Positions 1 through 12,007 of a DNA stretch of 64,000 bases are shown here, piece after piece; within the stretch, counting starts at the first letter, position 1; every line of letters starts with the position of its first letter. Below the pieces are notes generated by a model that was not told where the DNA came from, made no database searches, and saw only the letters and a list, made by a program, of their open reading frames with translations. Position numbers and translations under genes: made by a program. This stretch comes from Chiloscyllium plagiosum (Eukaryota). Location: contig NC_057720.1 of assembly GCF_004010195.1 (NCBI RefSeq), positions 7,164,328 to 7,228,327 on the forward strand, written 5' to 3'.

Positions 1-218
1 CTATCCACTCCACCCTCCCCTCGCCCCCGACCCCTTCCCCACTCACCTATTGTACTCTATGCCACTTTCTCCCCACCCCCACCTCTAGCTTATCTCTCCA
101 CGCTTCAGGCTCTCTGTCTTTATTCCTGATGAAGGGCTTTTGCCCGAAACGTCGATTTTGCTGAAGCTGCTCGGATGCTGCCTGAACCGCTGTGCTCTTC
201 CAGCACCATTGATCCAGA
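1..218 (+). mobile_element. Penelope-like element 3' terminal region, family A, with hammerhead motif
   Basis: C-rich tract followed by ATTCCTGATGAAGGGCTTTTGCCCGAAACGTCGATT and the GGATGCTGCCTGA...TTCCAGCA tail shared with many copies in the window. Confidence 0.7.
122..157 (+). ncRNA. Minimal type I hammerhead ribozyme motif (family A)
   Basis: CTGATGA (126-132), extra A, stem II GGGC-TTTT-GCCC, GAAA (146-149), CG, TC. Palindromic ACGT replaces stem III; weak stem I ATTC/GATT. Confidence 0.7.
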
Positions 219-776
219 TACTTATCAAATCTACAGGCCTCTACGGTAAAACATTGCCTGGATTCATTACCTTGAGAGAAGAAATTCCTCATCATCTCTG
301 TATTACATTTGTGACTCCTTATTCTGCGATGATGCCCACTGGTCCTCGACTCTCCCACAAGGAACAATAACCTTTCCACATCTACCATGTCAAATCTCCT
401 AAGAATCTTGTTGATTTTAGTAAGGTCTCCTCTATTTCTTCATTATCACAATGAGCACAAGCCCAAACATCTCAATCTCTCTTCATAATACTCGGGTATA
501 AGTCTTGTGAACCTTCTATAGACTGCCTCCAATGCTGATATATCTTTATTTCAATACCAAGAACTGTTCACAGTATTTCAGCTGGGGGCTTAATAGTGCC
601 TTGCACAGTTTCAGGAAAACCTCCCTGCTGTTACACTCCATTCCCTTTGCGTTCCCTACTACCACTCAAAAATAAATGTGAGCATTTTCTCATTCATGGA
701 AGCAGACTCCTAAATCCCTTTCTTCCCTAACTTTCTGCAGTCTTTCTCAATTTAAATAATATTCAGCTCCTCTATT

Positions 777-1432
777 AATGGTAAGGTCCTAGGGAGTGTT
801 GCTGAACAAAGAGACCTTGGAGTGCAGGTTCATAGCTCTTTGAAAGTGGAGTCACAGGTAGATAGGATAGTGAAGAAGGCGTTTGGTATGCTTTCCTTTA
901 TTGGTCAGAGCATTGAGTATAGGGTTGCGGCTGTACAGGACATTGGTTCAGCCACTTTTGGAATATTGCGTGCAATTCTGGTCTCCTTCCTATCAGAAGG
1001 ATGTTGTTATAGGGAGGGTTGAACAGGCTAGGGCTGTTTTCCCTGCTGCGTTGGAGGCTGAGGGGTGATCTTATAGAGGCTTATAAGGTCATAAGGGGCA
1101 TGGATAGATCTTTTCCCTGGTGTGGGTGAGTCCAGAACTAGAGGGCATAGGTTTAGGGTGAGAGGGATACGATATAAAAGAGATCTGAGCGGCAACTTTT
1201 TCACGCAGAGGGTGGTACGTGTATGGAATGAGCTGCCAGAGGATGTGGTGGAGGATGGTACAATTGCAACATTTAGAAGGCATTTGGATAAGTATATGAA
1301 TAGGAAGGGTGTAGAGGGATATGGGCCAGGTGCTGGCAGATGGGACGAGAATGGGTTGGGATATCTGGTCAGCATGTAGATGTTGGACCGAAGGGTCTGT
1401 TTCCATCCTGTACATCTCTATGACTATGACTC
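777..1432 (+). mobile_element. CR1/HER1-type LINE, 5'-truncated
   Basis: ORF2 C-terminal remnants (VQVHSSLKVESQVDRIVKKAFGML; RTRGHRFRVRG...FFTQRVVRVWNELPE) and a (CTCTATGA)n tail. It interrupts an older minus-strand CR1 fragment (about 220-776). Confidence 0.9.
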
Positions 1433-2974
1433 TATTCATCCTGCCAAAGTCTGTAACTTCACATTTCCCCGAATTATATTCCTACTGCCAAGTTTTTGCT
1501 TGAATTGCAGGGATATTCCCAACCATTACTGTTCCAATGTTTGCCTGCCTTAGAATATCCTTCCTGAATCTTTTCCCACATCTCCTAAAGTACAGAACCA
1601 TACCCTCTTTCTGTATTTGGCTCTTCTCATTTGGTTCCATCTCTGCAACCCTCCCCCCCACCAACCACACACATTTTCATTCTATTAACTATCTGCCATT
1701 GATACCTGTGGCTGTATAAATGTCATACAACATTAAGGGCTGTTCATGATTTACACTCATATCAGAAACAACAGCTTGCATTCGTAACAGGAAGAGCCTT
1801 CAGAGAAAAGGTTTCCAGCGTTGAGAGGGAGGGGCTTGGAAGGGTGAAGATGCAGGTGCAGACCAACATTTAACTTGACGAATTAACAAACATAAGTTCT
1901 GTCGTAAATGGGGATCATCTCATGGAGAACTGCACATGCTAACTCAGAATTGGCGTGCTGAGTGCAGAAGTGGGCTCCAGCTGGGAGTGGAGGAACTATG
2001 TCTTCAGAGAGGAAAAGAAAGGCTCCAGCAAAATTATATCAAAGCCAATTCTTTCAACTATTTTTACATGTATCAGTGTCCATTCTGTTCTCCATGCTGT
2101 GTGTCTCCAGTGTGGCAGGATATCCTGACTCCAGCCTGTTTGCCAGTTCTTTGTTCAGATGTTGTGGATTTAGCAGTGGTGCTATTTATTAACTCAGGCA
2201 TGATGCTCCTTTCCTGGCTGCTGGTTCAATATTAAGTCATTCCAGTGACTGCTAGGAAGCCAAATCAGTTCAGTCTGAAGAGTTCACTGCAAATCCTGCC
2301 ACACACGAAATGCAGACTGTGCTAAGAGGAGTCTGGACTTCCGCAAGATAGTTTCCATTTGATTTGATTTAGTTTTGTCAAAGCAACTGATGAAAGGCAG
2401 GTCTGCCTAATAAATGGCCCATCAGACTTGAACAGGTGGCAACCCCATGGGTGGGGGCAGATGCAAAGGACAACGTGAGGAAAACTGGCAGATACAATAG
2501 CATTTTTTTAATCTAACGTTGAGTGGGATGCCAGTTTACTTGGTGACTAAATGGACGTGCTGGCATGTGTCCAGCTTACAGACAGATGCTGGTGCCTTGC
2601 AGAGGTCAGATTTCTGATGATGCCAGTCCCAATCTGACCTCCAGTGCACACGCTAACCCGCAGCCAACCTCCCCTTCTGAGCTCATTTCTCTTCCTCCCT
2701 CCATGTCATGCTGTGCCGTGTTTCTTGTGTGTGTCTCTCACTCTATCCGCCTCTTGGCAGAACAGATTTCCATCAATCCCTCGTTACATTGGCTCCTCAC
2801 TCCTTTCCAATTTTAGTTTCATCAAAATCTGCCTCTAACAGCAATCGTTTGCTTTGTCATCCCCAGAAATCTTAGCGAAATGACAACCTTGGATACATAT
2901 AAGCTGCCCAATCTTGGAACCAACAATGTCAGTGAAATGAAAAGGGGTCTGTTTCCATGACTCGTCAGTGATTG

Positions 2975-3525
2975 CTGGCATCTGGAATATTGGAGTGGTT
3001 TTGGGCCTTGTATCTGAGGAAGGATGTGCTGGCCTTGGAGGGGGTCCAGAAGAAGTTCACAAGAAAGATCTTGTGGATGAAGGGCTTGTAAAATAGGAAC
3101 GGTTCAGGACTCTGTGTCGGTACGCAATGTAGTTTAGAAGGATGAGAGAGTTCTGACTGAAATCTGATTACAGAATATAAATAGCCCTGAATAGAGTAAA
3201 GGTGAAGAACATTTCCACCAGTAGGAGAGACTAGGACTGGAGGTCACAGCCTCAGAGTGAAGGGACAACCCTTATGAACTTACATGAGGAGAAATGTCTT
3301 CAGCCAGAGGTTGGTGAATCCGTGGAACTCATTGCCGCAGAGGGCTGTGGAGACCAAATCAGCAAATGTATTTAAGACAGAGATAAATTCTTGATGAATA
3401 AGGGCATCAAGGGTAATGGGAAGAAAGCAGGAAAATGGGGTTGAGAAATATATTAGCCATGGTCAAATTGCGGAGCAGGCCCAATGGGCTGAATGACTTA
3501 ATTCTACTCCCATATCTTATGGTTT
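2975..3525 (+). mobile_element. Decayed CR1 LINE 3' fragment
   Basis: Similar to the other CR1 3' ends (AGGAAGGATGTGCTGGCCTTGGAG, ACTAGGACTGGAGGTCACAGCCTCAGA). Confidence 0.8.
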
Positions 3526-3584
3526 TAGAGTCTTATTTCCTCTTTAATCTCCATGCCAACAATATTCCAGCACAGAAAGAAGGC

Positions 3585-3940
3585 ACCGAGTCTATGTTTC
3601 TAAACTGGAGCTGGCTAGCTATTGGAGCCACTTACTTTTACACCCTCTATGCAGACAGTTCTGAAGAAGCTTTATCCTAGACTTGAAACATTAACTTTAT
3701 TTCTCTCTCTATCCCGCTGGTTTTTTTTTAGTTTAGATTAGTTTAGATTAGATTAGATTAGATTAGATTAACCGAGTCTATGTTTCTGCACTGGAGCTGG
3801 CGAGCTATTGGAGCCACTTACTTTGACACCCTCTATGCAGACAGTTCTGAAGAAGCTTTATCCTAGACTTGAAACATTAACTTTATTTCTCTCTCTATCC
3901 CGCTGTTTTTTTTTTAGTTTAGATTAGATTAGATAAGATT
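3585..3940. repeat. Tandem duplication (about 186-nt period) of a flank plus the (TTAGA)n SINE tail
   Basis: ACCGAGTCTATGTTTCT...TATCCCGCTG starts at both 3585 and 3771. Each copy is followed by poly-T and TTAGA repeats, and the copies differ by a few substitutions. Confidence 0.9.
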
Positions 3941-4242
3941 ACTTTACAGTGTGGAAACAGGCCCTTCGGCCCAACAAGTCCACACCGACCCGCCGAAGCG
4001 TAACCCACCCATACCCCTACATTTACCCCTTACCTAACACTACGGGCAATTTAGCATGGCCAATTCACCTGACCCTGCACATCTTTGGACTGTGGGAGGA
4101 AACCGGAGCACCCGGAGGAAACCCACGCAGACACGGGGAGAATGTGCAAACTCCACACAGTCAGTCGCCTGAGTCGGGAATTGAACCCGGGTCTCTGGCG
4201 CTGTGAGGCAGCAGTGCTAACCACTGTGCCACCGTGCCGCCC
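3917..4242 (-). mobile_element. HE1-type V-SINE, full length
   Basis: tRNA-like head GGCACGGTGGCACAGTGGTTAGCACTG...GGTTCAATTCC, central GTGGAGTTTGCACATTCTCCCCGTGTCTGCGTGGGTTTCCTCCGGG, CR1-like tail with (TAATC)n. Confidence 0.9.
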
Positions 4243-5249
4243 ACAGCATTCTCTGTTTTTTTTTGAGGGATGTGCAAACAAAGCACGAGTGATTCTCACA
4301 CATTTAGTGAATTGGGTATATGAACGTACTGTCTGAATGTGATGGAGGTAGGTTCAATGAGGCACTCAAGTGAGCAAGTGATAATTATTTAGATAGCAAT
4401 GGTATGCAGGAATATGGAGAAGGAGCAGGATGTTGACAATAGATAAGAGAGTTGGTCTAGATAATAGAGCCCACGCAGACATATGGGCTGTAATAATTCT
4501 GTGATTCTGTTTGGTAAAAACAAGGATTGCAGATGCTGGAAACCAAATTGTAGATTAGAGTGCTGCTGGAAAAGCACAGCAGTTCAGGCAGCATCCAAGG
4601 AGCAAGAAAGTCCAGCATCTCTAAACCAGCCACCTCAGGACTGGGACTTTGGATCTTTCCAGGTTTTGGGTCAGAGAGAGCTGGCTCAGGAGGGTTCAAA
4701 GGTTGCTTGGAGCACAGATCATTTGTTGTTCATTCTTAAAAGCCTGAGAGAAGATGCTGATGTGCTACAGTGTCGCTGACTGAGCCATTCTGCTGCGCTC
4801 CAGCTCAAACAGACAGACCCCTCAACCATGTTCACAAGCCCCTGTCTCACCTCACTCTCGCAGGTCTGCCCTCCTATCCCCCCACCTCCTCCCCCCCCAC
4901 CCCGGTACATTCTAAACCTCCACAAAGTTATCACTTAGAGGATTGTGGCAACAATCAATCCTGCTGCCTTCAACCATTCCTTGCAGCAAAGTATAACGCT
5001 TGTTCAAATCTTTCTCTGCACTATCTTTGTGATCATGTCAAATGGATGTCATCAACTCCCAGGGAAAAGTTATTTTTCTGATTCATTTATATAATAAACA
5101 AAAAAAACCTCCTAAGACCTCTACCTGACTTTCTCTGCCCCAGGGAGCAATGATCCCAATGTTTCAAAGAATCCCTTCAGTGTCGAAGCAGCCATTTGGC
5201 CCATCGAGTCCCCCAAAGAGTATTCCACCCAGGCCCACAACTCTGCATT

Positions 5250-5512
5250 GCCATCGAGACGGGCAAGGGCAGCAGGTATTTGGGAACACCACCGCCTGCA
5301 AGTTCCCCTCCAAGCCACTCACCATTCTGACTTGGAAATGTATTGCCATTGCTTCACTGTCACTGAGTCAGAACTCTGGAATTCCACCACTAAGGGCATT
5401 GTAGGTCAAGCCAGCAGGTGGATTGCAGCAGTTCAAGAAGGCAGCTCACCCTACCTTCTCAAGGGCAACTAGAGATGGACAATAAATGTTGGTCCAGCCA
5501 GAGACACCCACG
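5250..5512 (+). mobile_element. CR1/L2-group LINE 3' fragment whose tail is shared with the DeuSINE-type repeats
   Basis: GGGAACACCACCGCCTGCAAGTTCCCCTCCAAGCCACTC...GGGCAACTAGAGATGGACAATAAATG. Same family at 12855-13215(-), 15885-16715(-), 41115-41250(+) and 52155-52350(+). Confidence 0.7.
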
Positions 5513-5554
5513 TTCTGACCGACCGGTAACTTCTGGTGACCTCAGTCTTCAATA

Positions 5555-6130
5555 TAGAGGGCTGTGATTATCTGGTCAGACCACATTTGGAGAATAAGGA
5601 GCAGCTTTGGGCCCCATATCTCAGGAAGGATGTACTGGCCCTGGAGTGTGTTCACAGCAGGCTCACGAGAATGGTCTGAAGAATGAAAAGCCTAACATAT
5701 GAGAAATGTTTGAGGACTCTGGGTTTATACTCAATGGAGCTTAGAGGGATGAGGGGCTCCTAATTAAAACATACAGAATACTGAATGGCCTGGGCAGAGT
5801 GGATGTTGGGAAGGTTCTCCATTGGTAGGAGAGACCAGGACCCGAGGGCACAGCCTCAGAGTAGAGGGAAGACCTTATAGAATGGAGATAAGGAGAAACT
5901 TCTTCAGCCAGAGAGTGGTGAATCAATGGAATTCATTGCCACAGAAGGCTGTGGAGGCCAGGTCATTGAGTATATTTAAGACAGAGATAGATAGGTTCTT
6001 TAGTATCAAGAGTTTCAAGGGTTACGGAGAGAATTGGGTTGAGAAACTTATCAGCCATGATTGAATGGTGGAGCAGACTTGATGGGCTGAATGGCCTCGT
6101 TTCTGCTCTTATATCTTATGCTCTTATGAT
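5555..6130 (+). mobile_element. CR1 LINE 3' fragment
   Basis: ORF remnant GETRTRGHSLRVEG...RRNFFSQRVVNQWNSLP followed by a CR1 3' UTR. Confidence 0.85.
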
Positions 6131-6695
6131 TGGGTGAGATACTGACCCTCAATCATCTGTCAACTCGTAATGAGCTGACTGGTGGGAGTGTGGGTGTGTT
6201 ATCTTGTTGGTGACATCACTACCTAACACATTGATCCCTCACAGACCGCCCCTTTCATTCTTCTAAACATCAGCAAATACAGGAACACAGAAACAAGAAT
6301 AGGCCATTCAGCCCCTCAAGTCTGTTCTGTCATCCAGTGAGATCATGGTTGATCTGTGGCATGACGCTATATATCTGCCTTTGGCCCATAACCTTTAATC
6401 GCTTTACATCACAAAAATTTATCTGTCTCAGACTTAAAATGAACAACCGATCAACTGCTGTATTTGGAAGTGTGTTCCAAATGTTTACCACCCCTTTACA
6501 TGTAGAAGAGCTTCTCTCTTGAACAGTCTGGCCCTAAATCACAAACTATCCCTCACAGTTTTAGAACGTTCAAACAGTAGAAATAGTTTATCTTTACCGA
6601 CCTTGTTTTTCTCCTGTTAATATCTTGAAGACTTCCATATAGGCCACGTCTACTCAGTCTGTCCCTATAGGACAACCTCCTCATTTCAGGAATTA

Positions 6696-6978
6696 ACGGT
6701 GGCACAGTGGTTAACACTGCTGCCTCACAGCACCAGAGACCTGGGTTCAGTTCCTGCCTCGGGCGACTGACTGTGTGGAGTTTGCATATTCTCCCTGTGT
6801 CTGCGTGGGTTTCATCCAGGTGCTCCAGTTTCCTCCCAAAGTCTAAAAATGTGCAGGTTAGGTGAATTGGCCATGCTAAATTGCCCATAGTGTTTGGTGA
6901 AGGGGTAAATGTAAGGGGATGGGTTGCACGTCGGCGGGTCAGTGCCGAAGGGCCTGTTTCCACACTGTAGTAATCTAA
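6696..6978 (+). mobile_element. HE1-type V-SINE inserted in a minus-strand CR1 fragment (about 6280-7135)
   Basis: Same head, core and tail as 3917-4242. Confidence 0.88.
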
Positions 6979-8222
6979 ACTTTCATCCACTCCCTCGAAC
7001 ACAAGTTTCATCTTTCCTTAGGGTGACTGTAAACAGTACTCCAAGTTTGGCCTCATCAATGCCCTATACAATCGTAGTAAGAACTCTTTATTCTTGTATT
7101 CCTTGTACTTAATTTTCCTTTCCAATTGCTTCCTGAAAATTCCCAGAAACACGGCCGTCTTCAATTTTGCTAAAGAGCATGGCCATCCCACCCACCAATG
7201 GGAAAGATGAACAACAGTCCTCCACATGAAAAACCAATGGATCAGCTTTTGTAGAAAGCAAGGCCACTTCCTCCCTCATACACAGATGTTTGGACGTTTG
7301 CTTTCCCACATCCACCTGAGGTGGCGCTGTCTTTGGAGGTAACAACTGGAACTAGGGCAGGAAGCAACATCACCTTACTACCCGCTCCACCATTAAAACT
7401 GGGACCGACAATATGTGAAAGTGAAGGCAGGAGCTTGGTGTTCTCCATCCATGGACTCAATGTGAATAACCCCTCAACTAATCCACATGGGGCAGACAGA
7501 AAGGGCATTCCAGCTCTCATGACAACATCATAAGGAGGAGAGGTAGGTCATTCAGCCCACCTTGTCTGCTCCACCAATCAACAAGATCATGACTGATCTG
7601 GTCATTCTCAACCTCATTTCCAGCCTTTGGAAAGTTACCTCCCCACTCTGTGCTGCACCTTCGGTCAGATGACAGTAAATACAGGTGCTGACATGGAGTG
7701 AGAAATCATACAATCCTTATATAGAGGCCATTCAGCCCATCGAGTCTGCAACGAGCATCCCACCCAGACCCACTCACCTGTAACCCCACATTAATCATGA
7801 TTAACCCACTTTAACCTGCACATCCCAGGACACTATGGGGCAATTTAACATGGAGTTAAATATAGTTCTTAGGGCTAAAGAGATCAAAGGGAGAAAATGG
7901 AAATAGGATATTGAGTTGGATGATCAGGTATGATCATATTGAAAGGCCTACTCCTGCTCATATCTTCTGTCTATTACAGAGTATGACAGGTCACTGTATA
8001 AAAAGATTATCTCTATGCATTGATTAATCCAGACAAACAGGAGGACCATATTAATATACAATGTTTTTTGTTCACATCTGTTCAGATATAATAATGGAGA
8101 TGATAAGATCACATCTTTCAAATCTGTGACATTTATGAGGAAATTTATATAAAAAGACATCGCTCTTCAGAAACATGAGAGTCAGAACAGATGGTAGAGC
8201 ATTTGAAGCTTTAGACCCTTAC

Positions 8223-9023
8223 CTTGGGCTGGGTCAGGAGGTCCAAACTCCAGAGCGTACCTCAGGATGAAGTAGTTATTCCACACATACAGCATGTTGT
8301 CCCGTGGATTGTAATCCACAGCTGCTACATGCTGGTAGGGATTGGGAAAGGGGATGTCAACAAACTCCTCTCGCCTCAGGTTAGTGTTGTACATGTAGTC
8401 TATTGAGTTCTTGCCCGTCTCGCTCTCGTTCTCCTCGTACACTGAACGCACCACGTACAGAACGCCGCAGATCATGAAGGCGTTGGAGGCTGACCTCTTG
8501 TCGTACGAGGTGTACCAGGTGCCCTCGAAGCGCAGCGTGTAAGGGTTCAGCTGGCTGACCACCATCATGCCGTTGTTCTGCTCGGTGGCATAGATGACCC
8601 ACAGGCCGTTCTCGTCCACTGCTAGATCGATGTCCGACTTGCCGCCCCAGCGGTAGGGGGAGGTGTCGTGGTAGTTGGCGCTGGCAATGATGGCCTCCCC
8701 GCTCTTGATTCGAGTCCTCAGGTCATACTTGACAATGTTCCTCGTCCGCTCCTTGTTGAAGAACACCGCCCCATCGTAAACCACAAACCCAGTGCCATCA
8801 ACGCGGTGAGGCAGCTTGTAGGTGGTCGTGTGGCGTCCAGAGACAAAGTCACTTAACGTGGCATACTCCATCAGGGTGTCTGTGCGATACGGTGTCCATG
8901 GCATATAATAAATCTTGTCCCCAGCCTGCAGGGGGTCTTTACACCAGGCACCAGACTGCTGCTCAGCCTCCGTCACATAGGCTGACTCCACAACCCCTTT
9001 GAGAGTCCCAGGGCAAACAAAAA
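8223..9023 (-). CDS. ADGRL2: Latrophilin (ADGRL2-like) olfactomedin-domain exon
   Basis: 801-nt phase 1-1 exon encoding FVCPGTLK...GAWCKDPLQ...[11 protein letters not shown]...[22 protein letters not shown]...VDYNPRDN...EFGPPDPAQ. Acceptor TTAG (AG at 9025-9024) follows a pyrimidine tract; donor GTAAGG (GT at 8222-8221). Confidence 0.97.
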
Positions 9024-9721
9024 CTAACATGGGGGAGCGTGAAAGGAAACAAAAGAAAAGAAATTAATTGACATTTGGAACACCCAACAGACTGACAAAC
9101 ACCTGCTTGTATTCTTTTCTTTTAAAACAGCATCTGAAAAAAATTTAACATTTTCCCAAAACCAAAGTATCGTTTGTGTATCGTTCAACTGTTCAGTTGA
9201 GAAGCAAAACCGAAGGGAAGGGAGATTGAGGGAAAAAGATGGGCAGTGTGAGGTGAGGGGAGAAATGAGGGGACTGCTGGGGAGGTTAAAGGTGGCAGAT
9301 CAAGGGTGGGGGAGATGCAAGTCAGAGTGGAGAGCAAAAAGACGACAGAAGCATTGCGTGATGTGAACTCATGGGAGCCCTGTTAAACCAACGGCATGCT
9401 ATGGAGAAAGTTCTGGAAGCCAGGCAGATGATGCCGACCGACATAGCAATGGGAAGAGGGATTTCTACCAGGAGACCAGCGCCTACTCCCACCACCTTGT
9501 GACCATGTCACCTGGCCACCTGAATGAGACACAACATGACCCAACATCCTCTACAGTGAGCGTCTGTTCCCGATTCCCATTTCCCAAGAGGTGCTGGGAG
9601 TGTTGGGGAAAGGGGGAGGAAAGGAGGGGAAGGGGTGAAGTTGGGGTTCAGGAGAATCTAACAACCATATGCCACAAAAAAATAACAAGATCTGGCTTTG
9701 GGACTTTGTCATGTTATTTAC

Positions 9722-9736
9722 CTTTTTGCTCCACTT
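9722..9736 (-). CDS. ADGRL2: Latrophilin 15-nt microexon (KVEQK, splice site A)
   Basis: Minus strand reads AG|AAGTGGAGCAAAAAG|GTAAAT. Splicing TAC A + AA GTG GAG CAA AAA G + TT TTT gives Y-K-V-E-Q-K-V-F; skipping gives Y-I-F. This matches the known latrophilin lectin-olfactomedin linker insert. Confidence 0.93.
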
Positions 9737-9800
9737 CTATTTTAAGCATTGGAAGAGAGAATGAAACAAGAGTGCGAGAGAAAAAGAAGAGAGATTAACA
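9737..9800 (-). promoter_or_regulatory. Microexon 3' splice region: branch-point candidate, long polypyrimidine tract and UGC motif
   Basis: Minus strand TGTTAATCTCTCTTCTTTTTCTCTCGCACTCTTGTTTCATTCTCTCTTCCAATGCTTAAAATAG. TGC lies at -12 to -10 (9748-9746), the arrangement typical of SRRM3/SRRM4-dependent neural microexons. Confidence 0.7.
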
Positions 9801-10822
9801 TGATTTATCCATCATTGTCAGGTCCGCCATACCTCAACATAAGCGTCGAGACAGGAGGCGTTAAATTAGCACAGTACCATAGCTCTTGTTATACCCAGCT
9901 ACCCAGATACAAGGCACCTGCATTTCAATAGCACACCCAGCATTTATTGCCCCTTGAGCTTATGCATTGGCTGTGGGTTAGATTATGATGTTAGAAGTAC
10001 AACAGAAAATGTCTCGCGATGGTTATGCTTTTAAAACCAGTATGAGCAACAAATTTTTGCAGTATCACTTTCCGCAGCAAGAACTCCATTAACTAGGCAC
10101 ACTCATAACCAATACCAATCTACCATGTCACCACTGATGGATGTACGCTCTCAATGTAATAGTCCCAACTTCCCTTTGTTAACAAGCTCTTCAGCCTTAA
10201 GTGCAATTGAAATCTAACCGATTCGAAGATTCCCATTCAGCTAATTGACTAGCTTTGGCTTAATTTATCAGGTATTCACTTTTTATTTGGAAAGGCTAGT
10301 GTAGCTAATAGCTTCGATGTGGCAATGCAGTGCATTTCTCAAATCAGGGGAGACGGAATTAAGTCCAGCTGAAAAAAAAGGAGTCAAGTTAATGCAAGGT
10401 CACAGTATTGATAACGTCCTCTTCTTTCAGCAGATCTACTGAACACTTTTAATGATTTGACGACTGAGGTTGGTTATATTTGCAATTCAAATCATCGAAG
10501 CGATGATCAAATCTGCTGTCTTCCTTGTTTCGTTTGGGTGAATGAAAAGCAGGCTGGTGTCAATGGGGGTCAGGAACCTGCACCAAACAAAATCCATTGC
10601 TTTCAGTTGACCAGAATATGTCAGGCATTTTGAAAGAACACTTCAGTTAGCAAGTTTGCAGAACAGTCATTGGAATCATTCAAACATTTGCATCTCAAAG
10701 GAAAGCAGAAAAACTGAAAATGCATTTAAAACTGAAACTTAATTTAAAAGTTACTCTCACCTCAGTGGTGTCAGGTTGCAGTGTGTTATAGCTGCAGTTG
10801 GTACCCCTGCACCCCATCGCCA

Positions 10823-10841
10823 ACACACACACTCTCACTCT

Positions 10842-10872
<31 letters not shown>

Positions 10873-11676
10873 ACTCACACATACACACACTCACACACAC
10901 ACACACACTCACTCGCACACACACACCGACACACACTGACTCACACACACACACACACTCTCACTCAAACACACACACACTGACTCACACATACACACAC
11001 TCTCACTCATACACACTCACTCACATACACACACACTCTCACACGCACACACACTCTCACACTAACACACTCTCTCAGACTCCCCCTTTGTTAAATCCTT
11101 GAATTGTCCTCGCCTCTACCACTTCCTGTGGCAGCTTCACACTGTCACTCACACATACACACACACACACCAACCAATCACGTGCAATACACACACAAAA
11201 CACACGCAACACACACACACAAAACAAACACACACATATGTACATGGATCGACATACACATATATACAAAGAACAAAGAACCTTACAGCACACCGGAACA
11301 GGCCCTTCGGCCCTCCAAGCCTGTGCTGATCCAGACCCTCAATCTAAACCTGCCACCTATTTTCTAAGGATCTGTATCCCTCTGCTCCCTGCTCATTCAT
11401 GTATCTGTCTAGATACATCTTAAATGATGCTATCGTTCCCGCCCCTACCACCTCCGTTAGCAAGGCATTCCAGGCACCCACCACCCTCTGATTGTATGCA
11501 TACACATACATAGACTCACGTGCATAGAGACACACACACACACAAAGATAGACATGCACACAGATATGTCCATACACGTATGTATAGACGCATTTACACA
11601 CAAACACAGACATGCACATGCATACATATAGGCACGCACAGACACACACAAACATGTGCACGCGCACACACACACT
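10823..11676. repeat. Degenerate (CA)n low-complexity region with embedded minus-strand CR1 3' fragments
   Basis: CA/CT-rich runs at 10823-11078, 11140-11268 and 11495-11676; CR1-like sequence at about 11080-11135 and 11268-11490. Confidence 0.9.
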
Positions 11677-12007
11677 AGCTCCATCCTGTTCTTGCTTTAT
11701 GATGTTAAGACACTTTGTGACTGAAGTTGGTGGGCAGATGGCAACAAAAACTTGTATTTATATAGTACCTTTACTCGAGAATTAACCAGGGCATTGTCCA
11801 GAGTCATAACTAAACAGAAATGAACAAAGCCGAAGGGGATGGCACTGAGCTCGGTTTTAAAGTAGGATCAAGGAAATCTCAAACACTGAATCCAGTCCAT
11901 GATCCATTCTCCATTGCGCACTGTGAAAGAGAATTCTAAACATTTGTGGCACTCTGAAAGATAAAGATTCCTCCCATCTCCCTCTAAAATGGCAGGCCCC
12001 GTAATTT

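Noticed and set aside
3949..4336. Recurrent short ORFs such as MDCGRKPEHPEETHADTGRMCKLHT and MAQWLALLPHS
   Set aside because: They are chance reading frames of the HE1 SINE and recur wherever the SINE does.
1..8222. Expected downstream Ser/Thr-rich or hormone-binding-domain exon
   Set aside because: No supportable minus-strand exon was seen. It probably lies left of the window, although a short divergent exon could have been missed.
8182..9030. 282-aa ORF as a standalone olfactomedin gene
   Set aside because: The start and the last 13 or so codons are intronic. Splice sites define an internal exon at 8223-9023 that joins in frame to the latrophilin lectin exon.
10776..11684. His/Thr-rich and Cys/Val-rich ORFs (also 63017-63996)
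   Set aside because: They are translations of CA/TG microsatellites.
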